Origin: Hypanus sabinus
Taxonomy: Eukaryota
Reading direction: 5' to 3'
Assembly: GCF_030144855.1 (NCBI RefSeq)
Contig: NC_082712.1
Coordinates: forward strand, 130,944,001 to 131,008,000
Length of the DNA stretch: 64,000 nucleotides
Both the position numbers and the translations under genes were made by a program. The notes below the pieces were generated by a model. The model did no database searches. It worked only from the letters and a program-made list of their open reading frames with translations, and was not told where the DNA came from. Within the stretch, counting starts at the first letter, position 1. Every line of letters starts with the position of its first letter. Positions 1 to 13,339 of the stretch are shown here, piece by piece.

Positions 1-43
1 GTACTTGCAATTCCAACTCAAGTTCAAGTTTATTGTCATGGGC

Positions 44-2428
44 ATACATAGAAACAGCACATTACAGGCCCTTTGGCCCACAATGGTGTGTCAACCATGT
101 AACCTGCTTTAGATACTGCCTAGAATTTACCTATCACATAGCCTTCTATTTTTCTAAGCTCTATGTCCCTATCTGAGTCTCTTCAAAGACCCTATTGTAT
201 CCTCCTCTACCACCTTCACTGGCAATACATTCCACGCACCTGCCACACTCTGTGTGGAAAACTTACCCCTGACATCTCCTCTGTACCTACTTCTAAGCAC
301 CTTAAAACTATGTCCCCTCATGTTAGCCATTTCAGCCCTGGGAAAAAGCCTCTGGCTATCCACACGATCAATGGGTCTCATCATCTTATACAGCTCTATC
401 AGGTCACCTCTCATCCTCCGTCACTCCAAGCAGAAAAGACCAAGTTCACTCAACCGATTCTCATAAGGCATGCTCTCCAATCCAGGCAACATCCTTGTAA
501 ATCTCCTCTGCACTCTCTCTATAGTATCCACATCCTTCCTGTAGTGAGGTGACTAGAACTGAACACAGTACTAAAAGTGGGGTCTAACTACAGTCTTGTA
601 TAGCTGTAACATCATCTCATGGTTTGTGAATCCAATCCATTGGTTGATGAAGGCCAACACACCATACACCTTCTTAACAACACTGTCAACCTGCATAGCA
701 GCATTGAGTGTCCTATGGACATGGACTCCAAGATCTCGATGATCCTCCACACTGCCAAGAGTCCTACCATTAATATCATAGTCTGTCTTCAAATTTGAAC
801 TACCGAAATGAAGCATTTCACACTTCTCTGAGTTGAACTCCATCAGCCACTTCTCAGCCCAGTTCTACATCCTTTCAATGTACCACTGTAACCTCTGAAA
901 ACCCCACAGACCATCCACAACACCCCCATCTTTTGTGTCATCAGCGGACTTACTAACCCACCCTTCTACTTCCTCATTCAGGTCATTTATAAAAATCACA
1001 AAGAGGAGGGGTCCTAGAACAGTTCCCTGCAGATCACCCCTGGTCCCCGTCCTCCATGCAGAATACAAATCATCCACAACCACCCTTTGCCTTCTGTGGA
1101 CAAGCCATTTCTAGATCCACAAAGCAAGGACTCCTTGGATCCCATGCCCCAATACATTCTGAATGAGCCTTGCATGGGGAACCTTATCAAATGCCTTACT
1201 GAAATCCATATACACTACATCCATTGCTCTACATTCATCAATGTGTTTTGTTACATCCTCAAAGAATTCAATCACATTCGTAAGGCATGACCTGCCTTTG
1301 ACAAAGTCATGCTGACTATCCCTAATCAGATTATGTCTCTCCAAATGCTCATAAATCCTGCCTCTCAGGATCTTCTCCAAAAACTTGCCCACCCACTGAA
1401 GATAAGACTCACTGGTCTATAATGTCTTGAGTTATCTCTACTCCCTTTCTTGAGCAAGGGAGTTCAACCTTCTGGTACTTTTCCCATTCCTATTGATGAT
1501 GCAAAGATCATTGCCAGAGGCTCAGCAACCTCCTCCTTCACTTTCCACAGTAGCCTGGGGTATATTTCATCCAGTCCTAGCAATTTATCTGACTTAATAA
1601 CTTTAATAAGTTCCAGCACATCCTCTTTCTTAATATCTGTACACCCAAGCATTTCAATCCACTGTAAGTCATCCCTACAATTGCCAAGGTCCTCTTCACT
1701 GGTGAATACTGAAGCAAAGTATTATTAAGTACCTCTGCTACCTCCTCCGGTGCCATGCATGTTTCCACTCTTGCTCCTGACTAGTCTTACTTTCACACGG
1801 CTCATCCTCTTATTCTTCACGTACTTGTAGGATGCCTTAGGGTTTTCCTTAATCCTGCTCGCCAAGGCCTTCTCATGGCCCCTTCTAGCTCTCCTAATTT
1901 CATTCTTGAGCTCCTTCCTGGCTGCTTTGTAATTTTCTAGAGCTCTAACAGTACCTAGTAAAACCTTTCTTAAGCTTTTCCTTTTTCTTAACTAGATTTT
2001 CTGCATCCTTTGCACACCATGGTTCCTTTACACTGCCTCAATGGAACATATCTATGCAGAACAACATGCAAATGTTCCCTGAACATTTGTCATATTTCTG
2101 CCATACATTTCTCTGAGAACTTCTTCCAACTTATGTTCCCAAGTTCCTGCCTAATAGCATCATATTTCCCCCTACCCTCATTAAATGTTTTCCCAAATTG
2201 TTTGCTCCTATCCCTCTCCAGTGCTATGGTAAAGGAGATAGAATTGTGATCACTAACTCCAAAATGCTCTCCCACTGAGAGACCTGACAAATGAACAAGA
2301 TCAAGTACAGCCTCTCCTCTAGTTGCATCAGGAAACCTTCCTGAACACACCTAACAAATTCCATCACATCTAAACCCCTTGCTCTAAGGAGATGCCAGAC
2401 AATATTAGGGAAGTTAAGATCTTCCATA
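44..2428 (-). mobile_element. Decayed CR1 LINE (late APE, RT and 3' end)
   Basis: Broken minus-strand ORFs with CR1 motifs: [83 protein letters not shown]. The 3' UTR lies near 44-170. Confidence 0.92.
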
Positions 2429-2839
2429 ACTTAATTGACAGACAAGGTGAAGGAGAATCCTAAGGGATTCTACAGGTGTAAAAGGGCTAAAGAATAGCAA
2501 GGGACAAAATTGGTCCTCTTGAAGCTATTAAAAACTCAGTAAATATCTTTTGAAAAATTAATAAAATAAACCCTAAAAAGTCAGTTATGTTCTAGCTCAA
2601 ATTTTTAAAATAAATCATACTATTTTGTTGAAGAAAAGGGGTTAATCTTCCTTTTTGTTTCTTTCTCAAACTGTCATATAATCCTGACTGAGATAATGGG
2701 TTACTGGATCCTGTATCAAGCAAACTAGTCCAGGCAATTTCCTGCTGGAGATGCTTGAGAATCTTTGCAAATTGGAATTCTAATACTGTGGAGTTCAGGA
2801 GCAGAATGAGCTGCTCCTAATAATTGAACAATATAGAAC

Positions 2840-4555
2840 ACCTAACAGTCTACGGGATTTAGGGGAACAAATTTGTAGGGAGATTGCAGACTGTTGCAAG
2901 AAACATAAAGTTGTAATAGTAGGTGATTTTAACTTTCCACATATTAGCTGGGACTGTAAAAGAGCTGGATGGGACAGAGCTTGTCAAACATGTTCAGGAA
3001 AGTTTCCTTGCTCAATACATAGAAGTCCCAACTAAAGGGAGTGTGATATTAGATCTCCTATCAGGGAATGAGATGGCAGGTAAAAGGAGTTGGTGTAGAG
3101 GAACACTTTACATCTAGTGATCATAATGACATTAGTTTCAAGGTAATTATGGAACAAGATAGGTCTAAGTTGGGGAAAGGCCAATCTTGATGGTGTCAGA
3201 AAGGATCTGGCAAGTGAGGATTGGGGCTGGTTGTTTTCTGGCAAAGGTGTACTTGGTAAGTGGGAGGCCTTCAAAAGTGACATTTTGTGAGGACAGAGTT
3301 TGAATGTTCCTGTCAGAATAAAATGCCAGGATAACAGTTTTATGGAACCTACGTTTTTGAGAGATGTTGAGGTCCTGGTTAAGAAAAGGAAGGAGACGCA
3401 TAGCAGGTATAGGCAGGCAGGAACAAATGAGGTACTTATGGAGTCTAAGAAATGCAAGAGGAAACTTGATAAGGAAATCAGGAGGATCAGAAGAAGGCAT
3501 GAGGTTGCTCTAACAGACCAGCTGAAGGAGAATCCTAAGGGCTTCTACAAAAATATTAAAAGGATAGCAAGGGTCAAAATCGGTCCTCTGGAAGATCAGA
3601 GTGGTGATCATTGATGGAGCCAAAAGAGATGGAGGGATCTTAAATGGATTTTTTAGCGTCTGTAACTACTTGTGAGATGGACACACAGGAGCTGCAGCAG
3701 CAAGTTCATGGACCCTATGCAGATTACAGAGGAGGAAGTGTTTGCTATTTTGAGGCAAATTATGCTGGATGAAACCCCAGGGCCTGACAAGGTGCTCCAT
3801 TGGAGTCTGTGGGAAGCAAGAGTGCTGAAATTGCAGTGGCCCTAAAAGAGATATTTAAAACATTCTTAGCCATGTGTGAGGTGCTACAGGATTGGAGCTA
3901 GGCTAATATTGGTCCATTGTTTAAGATAGTCCTTCAGAATAACCCAGGAAATTATAGGCCAGTGAGCCTGACGTCAGTAGTGTGAAAGTCACTGGAAGGT
4001 ATTCTAAGAGACTGGATATATACGTACTTAAATAGACACTGAGCGATTAGGGATAGTCAACACGGTTTTGTGTGTGGTAAGTCTTTTCTAACCAATCTTA
4101 GATCATTTTTCTAGGAAGTTCCCAGGAAAATTGATGAAGGCAAGGCAATGGATGTTGTCTGCATGGACTTTAGCAAGGCCTTTGACAAGGTCCAGCATGG
4201 GAGGTTGGTCAAGAAGTTCCAGTCACTTGGCATTCAAGGTGAGGTAGTAAATTGAATTAGTAGAAGAAGCCAGAGTGGTTGTAGACAGTTGCCTCTTTAA
4301 CTGGAGTCCTGCGATTAGTGGAGTGATGCAGGAATCAGTGCTGAGTCCATTTTTTGTCATCTATATCAATGATCTGGATGATATTGTGATAAACTGGATC
4401 AGCAAATTTGTGGATGACATCAAAATTGGGGTGTAGAGTATAGCGAAGAAGACTGTCAAAGCTTGCAACAGGATCTGCACAGCTGGGAAAATGGGCTGTA
4501 AGTGGCAGATGGAATTTAATGCAGACAAGTATGAAGTGTTGCACTTCGATAGGTG
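2840..4555 (+). mobile_element. Decayed CR1 LINE ORF2 fragment
   Basis: GDFNF (2921), [21 protein letters not shown] (~3950), MDFSKAFDK (~4163) and SKFVDD (~4400), with many stops and frameshifts. A short related piece sits at ~2440-2525. Confidence 0.9.
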
Positions 4556-5590
4556 AATTCCTTGCTTTCATTCAGGTAACCATCATGTACTAGTAGTAAC
4601 CTAGAAACAAACTGAGCCAGTTTTCTTTGAGATTTCTACAGTAATCTACTTGTGTGTCTCCAGCACAATTAGAGAAAGGAACTTAGATTTTTTCTCTGAT
4701 ATAATTATGTGGTAATAGTGCTCCTTGGTTAATACTGTTGAAAGTACATTTGTCACAAAGACATTTTAGTTACAGTGTCAATCTGCCATCTATAAATAGT
4801 CTGATTTTTAAAGCACTGAAGATGACTTTAAAGGAAATTTAATGGTCATGAAGGGGCATAACAGGAACACTGAAGATGCCAAAATGAAATGTTTCCTTCT
4901 TTTAAGATATATTTAAGACATTCAAATTGCTTAATATTTAAATTTTCTCAAAGCCCTGTAAATAAGTGCAGAAACTTGTCTTGGTGACTAGATCATGACT
5001 CTAACATTAAATTCAGGATGATACACCATTACTGGGATGCCACACCTTTGGAAAAGTGGCCAAACCGAGATCCTGTACGCTTTCTCACTATTTCAGAGGG
5101 CAGAGGAATTGTTCTTGTCATCCTGGTCAATATTTTTTAATCAATATTGCTGAACACATTATCTGGCCAATTTCACACTATCATTTGGCAGCAGCTTGCT
5201 GCATGGAACTTGGCTTTCATATTTCATAAGTTTATGCCCACACTTTAAAAGTAATTTATCATTTTCTGAAAGGGTCATGGAAGAAACTGTGTGAATTAAA
5301 AAAAAAATCTTACCTCTGTAAGAACTCAAAGGGTCAAACAGCATCTATGAAGGCAAGGGAATGGTCGGTGTCCTGGTTTGTGATCCAGTAACAGGACGAA
5401 TGTAGTGTGCCCACCTGAAATGTCAGTCATCGCTTTGGCTGCAAAATGCTGCCCGACCCAGTCTCGCGTCTGCAGCCAAATCTTCCCTTCAACTCAACAT
5501 ATGCAGGGTTTTCATAATTGTCCATGGGACTGGCTTCTAGCAGGGAATCTTTTAAACCTAAAGAACATTTATGGGAATTTGACTTGCATC

Positions 5591-5710
5591 AATGTAATCT
5601 GCCAAAAAGCAAATTTTTAGGCCCAAATATGCAAATTTTTACCAGAAATGTAATCTTAAAGACCAAAAAGCTAGTTTTAGGCTAAATATGCAAATTTTTA
5701 CCAAAAATGC
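5591..5710. repeat. Diverged tandem duplication (~56-59 bp unit, 2 copies)
   Basis: aatgtaatct..ccaaaaagc..ttttaggc..aaatatgcaaatttttacca occurs twice, each copy containing ATGCAAAT. Confidence 0.8.
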
Positions 5711-6949
5711 AGCTGAGTGGAAAGTGGAGACTCTCTCTGTTCCTCACTATTTAAAGGGCTGAGGCATAATATAAAGTGTAAGGTAAATTATTATCCTGTC
5801 AGTCTTTGCTGATTATTATAGTGTGGTACTTCATTATCCATAATGAAATCTGTCACATAATTCTGAAATGTTTGAAGTGGACTTCTGGTGGTTCGTTCTT
5901 TCATTTGCTAGTTAAAAGTTCTGGCAGTATGGTAAGTAACTTAATGCTGTGTGAAGTTAGGCCTGAATCAAAACACAAATGAGAAGATGTAAGCTCTGTT
6001 TCTGAAAGGACAAACTTTAGCATAAACGCAATGAATGTGAATGGATATTCCAGCTTTCCGTACCTATAGCATTTGTGACTCCATGGAAAATGCTTTCTTA
6101 GGTTCCAGGAGTTGAGGAACCCTCTGCTTCATACAGAGTTGCACTGAGGTCTTTGCAGCTGAAGATCAGCCTTTAAAAGTAACATAGCAATAATGGGTAG
6201 GAGGTGTCTTTTCTTTCAAGTAATCTGTTTTCAAGTGATCGTTGCTCAAATGCTGCCCTGACACTAGGGGGCTCTGCAGAATGTTGCTGACTGATGTGAA
6301 TGGCGTGTGGCAGCTGTTGTTTTTCCATCTCATTCCCCGCCAGTGTGATGTGAAATATTCTATTTGATTAAAAATCTAAGACATATTTCCAAGTTTTGAT
6401 CTTCTCAAATCTTTCCGTTTCCACTAAACGTACACACCCGATGAAATTCTGTTTAGTTCGGTAGAAAGGCCAACAATGGGTCTCTGAATGGTTTTTAATT
6501 TGGAACTAATTTGACATTTTGCTTCAACTCTACATGCTCATTAAGAAAACTGCCAGGGAGCAAAATATTTTTTTCAACTCTTAAGACCATGTCAGACAGT
6601 GCAAAAGGATCTAGACTGTGACTCAGAGCTTCCTCGGCAACAACCAAACATAAGCTTATTGACTTCAGATTGTTATTTCAGACGAAACATACCATGTTAA
6701 ACTGCTAACCAAGCTTGACTGTGAGAAAAACCTGCCAACAGCTTTACAAAAGAGCTAAAATGAGTTGTTCTGTCATTTCAGGTAATGATTCTGCTTCACC
6801 TAATTATAACTGTACTGCTTCTTATTTCTGTCATGTTACAAGTCCTTTGGAAGCGTAATTAGCTTGTTTTCATTTAAATTCTGTGGGTTATAAGATGACG
6901 AATGAGTCTGATGCAAGATCCACATGTCCTACTATGACTGAGCTGGATG

Positions 6950-7680
6950 AAGCATGACATGGTGGATTGATGCATTAAGAGGATTGTTAAACCCTCCTTG
7001 TTCCCAACTTGGGCCAGAGATTCCCAGGAGTTGGTAAGGATGTTACATTTTTTTCAAAGACATACTTTTTCCATCTTACCAGGAACCACTAGTCATAATG
7101 GAACACGGTGCAGAAAGCTTCCCTCTGGAGTCTGGTGTCAGCCATGTGGACGATGTGGTCTACCAGAAGTTGAATGAATGTGACCAGAATGTCATTACTG
7201 GAGACATGGCTTGGGAGGAATTATTAACACTTTTTATGTTTACCCTGACAGATAGATTGGGGAATTTTGAGGAGACCGCAGTGATGGAATTTCACCAATG
7301 CTTTGGAATGTCGATTGTATACCCTGTCACCTGCATGCAGGAAGATAGGAATTACTGCTGCTTGGTTGACCACGAATTTGGTATCAGACCTGAGATGTAG
7401 GTATTGGAATGCTTTTGTCTGGAGATCGCTGAACACTTTGCTGGCTGTCCTGGATTTGAAAATTATCTACCTTAGCTGAAATGTTGTTCCTGAGGTATGA
7501 GAACTGACCCACAATGACTGTATTTTTATTATGGGTCATGATTATTGTGAGATTTTTGTGCTGTAGTGTCTAACTGAACAGCCTCTGCCATCCAGAGGTT
7601 AAATGTAGGGCCATCCTCACATTAACTCCCGAGAAGGAATCAGTGATGGTTTAGAGCTTAGCTTCTGAGTGACATCTGCT
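6950..7680 (-). mobile_element. Old RTE-clade LINE 3' fragment
   Basis: ORF 7224-7436 (SDTKFVVNQAAVIPIFLHAG...RHSKALVKFHHCGLLKI) resembles the RTE post-RT block TKxxVYxAVVIPxLLYG...RHxxxLExFHxRCLRxI. Confidence 0.7.
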
Positions 7681-8629
7681 AAAAATCTTTTCAGTAGAAA
7701 AGAACATATAAATAAACCAACCAATCAGGCCAAAGGACTTCTCAATTGCTTTCCAAGCACATTGTAATGGCATTCTTTAATATGTTTCTTCTTTATGTTT
7801 ACCCATCTGAAGTACTAAAGGGCGAACCTGTTTAAGCCACAGACAAAAAGTTGTTCCCATTTGCTTTGTTTCAAAAGTAGCTGAAATTCAGATAAAGTAT
7901 CTGCCAAAGTAAATTTTATAATCAGAAATGTAGAATATTCAAAGAATCATTATCGAATCATTTATAGCACATGAAAGAATACATAGTGACACTTACAGGT
8001 TGCCCCAGCACATACATGGGTGAGCTGGTAGTTAACATGAGCAACACATTTCTCTGTATGTTTTGATGTACACCTGACAAAAAGTTTGAATCTTATAGTT
8101 AATTGATTGATTAGTGATAAACTCGCTCTGTTTTATCAATAATGTTCTGATAGGTTTTATCACCAGAATGAAATAATTTTAGTTAAGGTGTCTTTCCTCT
8201 TCCTCTAAACATGAATATAACAAGGAACTTAGTCACTGAAGACATGCTGGGTTTTCTATTTACAAGTTATCATTTATACTTCTGTGATCTCCACTAAAAT
8301 CACCTCCTCACTGGCTCTTGCATGGAGAACAAGCTTCAGACATGCCCATTGAAGTCAAGATGCTTGTGCTCAGTTACTGTTTTCCATGACATCACCTGTT
8401 CCTGACGCTGTACCCATTTCCACCTCATCCTCGAGCTTAATGCCTTCATTCAGTCTCTCGTCTCCCAACAACCTCTCTCCAGCCTCGGGCACAGCTTCGC
8501 CATATTGCTCGGTTCCCTTCAAAGAGCTGTGAGCTGGGTCATGAACCGTTTCTCTTTCCACAGGCGCTGCCCAACCTGCTGAGTAAAGTATTTTATTTTC
8601 TTCAAAAACCTCCCTAAAACCAGCCTCCA

Positions 8630-9335
8630 GTTTAAGATGGGGTTACTTACTGGTCTGAGCGACAACTTGCTGGTGGCCAACGAAGCAAAGAAAGCAACTA
8701 AATATTCACACGTTTTCTGGTAAAGGATCACTGCAACCAGCGGCCTGTGAGTCCCTGGTGGAGCTGAGTTGATTCACCTGTACGATCTGATACGTTTGCA
8801 GTGTAGCTGGAGTCTCGCTGGGGCAGGACGGTTGCAACATGCCCCTGGCTGGAGCTGCTGGAACGGTTGGAGACAATTCTATGCAGCGGAGCTGAGGCAA
8901 GATGAGGTGAGGCATAGAAAGATCCCAGGTTTGATTGATTTAAGAGCTGAGCTGAATTGGAAAGGTCAGGTACTGACTGTATCGAGGTGGCAGACCCTGA
9001 GCCCATGGGCAAGGAATGACCCAAGGTTTGGACAATTTGAAGTGTTGGGACAGATTGAAATGGTCAGGGTGTCGGGGTCGGAGGAGAGAAATGGGCTGGT
9101 TCGGCTTGCTGTTCCACGGGGTTTGGTCACTTCTGTGCAGGACTGAGGCTGTGGCCTGCAATTGTGGACTTCTGGGTCGGCTGTGGTAAGGGCCAGCATT
9201 GTGAACTTCAGTCCTGAATGCTGTTGGCTTGTTTTTATTGTTTGAACAATTTGTTTTCTCTATCTCTCTGCACACTGCAGGTTTGGAAAGTCTTCTTTTG
9301 TTTTTAATGGATTCTGTTGGGGTTCTTTATTTTGA
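8630..9335 (+). mobile_element. Non-coding retroposon of the same type as 52529-53379
   Basis: The 5' head gcgacaacttgctggtggcca..gcaaagaaagcaactaaa matches 52550-52590. The T-rich 3' part ttttaatggattct..gggttctttattttg resembles 53280-53310. Confidence 0.55.
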
Positions 9336-10644
9336 AAGTTTTCAAAGTTTACTATGAAACAATGTATACTTTATACCACCCTGAGATTCTTTATTTTGCA
9401 GCTGCCTATGCCTGCCTTTACTGAGCAGCTCTTCACAAAGGTTTAACATTAACAATCTCTTGAGATAATTTACACAAGACCAATATGACATGGAAGTGGA
9501 GAATGTTAAGTGCTGCTTCATCTTTCCTCATTTACTCACTTTTAACAAGTGCAAAGGAAAGAGCACTTGAGGCAGCTTCTTTACAAACTAATCACTGACA
9601 GTTTGTAACTGACAATATTAGCTACTGTCTCCCGGTGACCTAAACGCAAATAGCAGCACCGATTTCATTGGATCATCAACATCTCTTTTCCATTCTTCAA
9701 TTTCATCCATCTTTTGACCATAGTGTAGGGAATGGTGAAGTTTTGATGAGGATGCTCCAATTGGTTACTAAAGCGGTGCAATGAAGAAAGCAGTCTGCTA
9801 TTAAGGTAGGGCTTATTCCACAGTGGCCTGTCCCTTTAAAAGCCACATGAGGCCAGAGCATGCTTTTGCTGCAATGCTTCCAAAACTGATGGCAAAGGCT
9901 TACGTTTGTTTGCCTAGTATAAGTTCTCATGAGAGCTTATTTGCAAACTTTAATAATAAATAATTGTTTTAGCAGCTGAGAACTCAACAGAATGTCATCT
10001 GAGCTGTCTTGTGTGTATGACAGAGTCTAATGTATTCATGTTGGCTGCCACACATTACCAACCCCAATCAATCATTGAACAACACAGACAACCCTGGGAT
10101 TCATATATTCAGCACAAGGAATAACACACTGTTGTCAGAAAGGCTTCATTTAGCTTATGAAGTAATTGGGAGTAATTGGAAATTCAAAGATATGTTATTA
10201 TCTGAGTGGAAGCTGTCTGGTCAATAGATTCTTTTCATCCAATTGAAAGGAGGAGATAAAAAAAATAAAAAGCAAAGAATGTGGTTGTGTTATATAGACA
10301 AAGAGCTTTCCAATTACACCACAACAAGTGTAACTGGAGACAATCAAGTACATTTAAATACTAAAGATCAAAAGGGAAGCTGAGAATGCTAGAAATGAAA
10401 TCAAAACATAAATACTAGAAACACACAGTACTGGATGAAGACAGGTTAATGTTTTAAATATCTGTTGTTCCTACCAATTGGCAATATTAACCCAGCTTTC
10501 AGTTACCGTGGCTGAGTAATCTTGCTGTGTCTACTATTCTGAATAATCAGTACCACCTCAAAACGCAACATCGTGTACAAGTAAAACTATAGATAATCCA
10601 TGATCCATCTTAGCGATCCTTCACCATGAATCAGCAGGCACAAG

Positions 10645-11305
10645 TGATCAAGATGTTGCTAATGTTGTTCCATCATTTAAGAAAGGCTCTAAGAATAAGC
10701 CAAGAAATTACAGGCCGGTGAGCCCAATGTTAGTAGTGGGAAAGTTATTGGAAGGCATTCTAATGGACTGGATATATAAGTATTTGGATAGACGGGAATT
10801 GATTAGGGATAATCCAATAAGGCATAGAGTTTTCCGAGGAAGTTACCAGGAAAGTAGATGAAGGCAAGGCGGTGGAGGTTGTCTACATGGACTTTAGCAA
10901 GGCATTTGACAAGGACCCACATGGGAAGTTGGTTATGAAGTTCAGTTACTTGACATTCAAGACGAGAGAGTAAATTGGATCAGACAATGATTTATGGAAG
11001 AAGACCGAGAGTAGTAGTAGACTGGAGGACTGTGACTAGTGGTGTGCTGCAGAGATCAGTTCTGGGTCCGTTGTTGCTTGTCATCTATATCAATGATATA
11101 GATGTGGATGATAACGTGGTTAACTGGATCAGCAAATTTGTGGATAACACCAAGGCTGGGTGTATAGTGGGTAGCGAGAAAGACTATCAAAGCTTGCAGT
11201 GGGATCTAGATCAGCTGGAAGACTGGGCAGAAAAATTGCAGATGGGAGTTAATGCAAACAAGTGTGAGGGTTTCCCTTTGGGAGGACCAGCTAGGGTAGG
11301 TCTTA
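10645..11305 (+). mobile_element. CR1 LINE RT fragment
   Basis: NYRPVS, YMDFSKAFDK, SGVLQRSVLGPLL..IYIND, SKFVDNTK, LQWDLDQLEDWAEK. Confidence 0.9.
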
Positions 11306-12900
11306 CTTACCTCTTCCCACCCTGCCCCCTGTAAAGTCACTCCCTTTCTCTGCTTGTTGTATCTGTTCTCAAGATAGGGCCTTCAGAGCTTCTGTCGTTT
11401 TACTTAAAATGTGGCTTCCTCTCTGCCAGTTGGTGAAGTCTTCACACACATTTCCCTATTTCATGTGATTGTTCTGAGCCTCCCTCTCCAGATAGAACCG
11501 ATAGATTGCTTGGTTCTCACCTTTCACCCCACCAGCTTTTACATTCAACATGTCCTTCACCTTTTCTGCTAGCTCGAACATGATTCCACCAGCAGTCACT
11601 TTCTCACCACCCAATACCCTCAACTCATTTATGCTTTCCACACAGAACTCTTTCTTCACATCTTCCTGGTCTGCTCATCTCTTCCCATTCCGCTCTGTAA
11701 ACTGGCACTTTTCCCTGCAGCTGTAGTAAGTGTCATTGGGAGAGTCGGAATATCTGCGGCTGTGAGCCCAGATCTTTGGGCACAGGGCTCAAAAAAAAGT
11801 AACGTAACGGACTTTTAACATTGTAACCAGCGAGTTGTTTGTTATATCTCCCCGCTCGCTCTGAAAATGGAGACAGCTCTTTCTCCCTTATTAGGGAGAG
11901 GGAGAGAGGGAGCATGTGGTATGTCAAATACTGGGTGAAACGCAAAGTCTTTGGGTACTGCAAGTCTGTGTGTTTGCTGTTGCTTTGCTCACGCTTGAGT
12001 GCTCGATGGTGGGTGCCGATGCTTTTTTTGCCAGTGGGGGGACAGGGGGATTGTTGCTTGTTACTGCTTATGTGTGGGAGGGAGAGGAGCTGGGGGGACT
12101 TTGGGGTTCTAACATTTAACTGCTGTTCATTCTTTGGGGCACTCCTCTGTTTCATGAATGGCTGTGAAGAAAAAACATTTCAGGGTGTATATTGTAAACA
12201 TTTCTCTGACATTAAATGTACCTTTGAAACCTTTGAAGTTATTACACCTGCCCTCCACCTCCTTCCTCGCCACCATCCAGTTACCTAACAACCCTTCCAG
12301 ATAAGGCAATGATTCACCTACACCCCTTCCAAACTGATCTATTGCATTTTGTCCTAAGATGTGGCCTCCTCTGCACTGAAGAAGACAGACATAAACGAGG
12401 CAACTGTTCTTGGAGCACCTTTGTTGTCTGCAATTGCTACCTCTAAATTCTCGGTCATTTTAATTTTCCTGGCCCCTGGCTGCGTGCAACCTTTCCTATT
12501 TCCATAGATTGAGACCAAAAGCAAATTGGAAGAACAACAACCCATATTCCGCTTGAGAAGCCCACAATTCAACTGTTAGAATTGTAATGTTCTAATTTCA
12601 GGTAAGCTGAACACAAAGTATTCTCCTCCCATAAACACTCACCCATCCACTGAGTTTTCCCCCCTTTATTCACCATTCCCATTTCCCTCCCCAACACCCA
12701 CCTGGTTGCACCAATCACTGCCAGTCTCTCTTCCACCCCTCCTTTGTACCGCTATGTACTGGTGATACTTCTACTACCTTCTCAGTCCTGGTGCTGGGTT
12801 TCAACTCAGATGCTCTCTGACCCAGAGTTCTTTCAGTGTTCTGGTCCTTTTTGCTGCATGGCCCAGCATCTGTACTTTCTTTTGTCATCAGACCAGAAAT
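11305..12900 (+). mobile_element. Decayed Penelope-like element 3' part (GIY-YIG region and terminal repeat), interrupted at ~11733-12237
   Basis: 12313-12420 reads as a degenerate FTxTxSxLIYCI...CGLLxxxE.....G..F.EHL GIY-YIG block. It is followed by EEQQ.IFRL..PQ and a terminal cagtcctg..cagatgct..cccagcatctg motif. Confidence 0.75.
11733..12237 (+). mobile_element. Non-coding retroposon with a Rex1/Babar-type 3' tail, inserted into the Penelope remnant
   Basis: Ends cagggtgtatattgtaaacatttctctgacattaaatgtacctttgaaacctttgaa, similar to the Rex tail at 29401-29450. The host sequence resumes afterwards; possible aagt TSD. Confidence 0.65.
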
Positions 12901-13339
12901 AGTCATTGTAAAATGAGAACTCAGATATTTTTGTCTTACTATGAGGGAAGGGCTATGAATTGATGAAAAGAATTCTATTTACTCAGCACCTTTCATGACC
13001 TCAAAGTGTATGAATTTTTGAAATCTGATTGAGCAATCTGAAAATTTGTGAACTAATTAACAAACAACAGAATACCATTGTAATAATGACTGGATTATAT
13101 TTTATATATAGATTTTGATTGAGATACAAAGAGAGAACTCTTCTAGTCTACTTTGAAGTAGTGCCACAGTGACGATGAAGAGTCATGATCCAAAGGGCAG
13201 TGCTTGATCATCTACTTCAATTTACTGCTCAAGCCCTTGGCACGTGACTTGAGTGTTCAACTGATCAAAATTTAACTTTCTCTGAAGTAAGGTTGTCAAT
13301 TTCCTTGAATTTACTGCCAAAATCAGTAGCTTATGTTCT

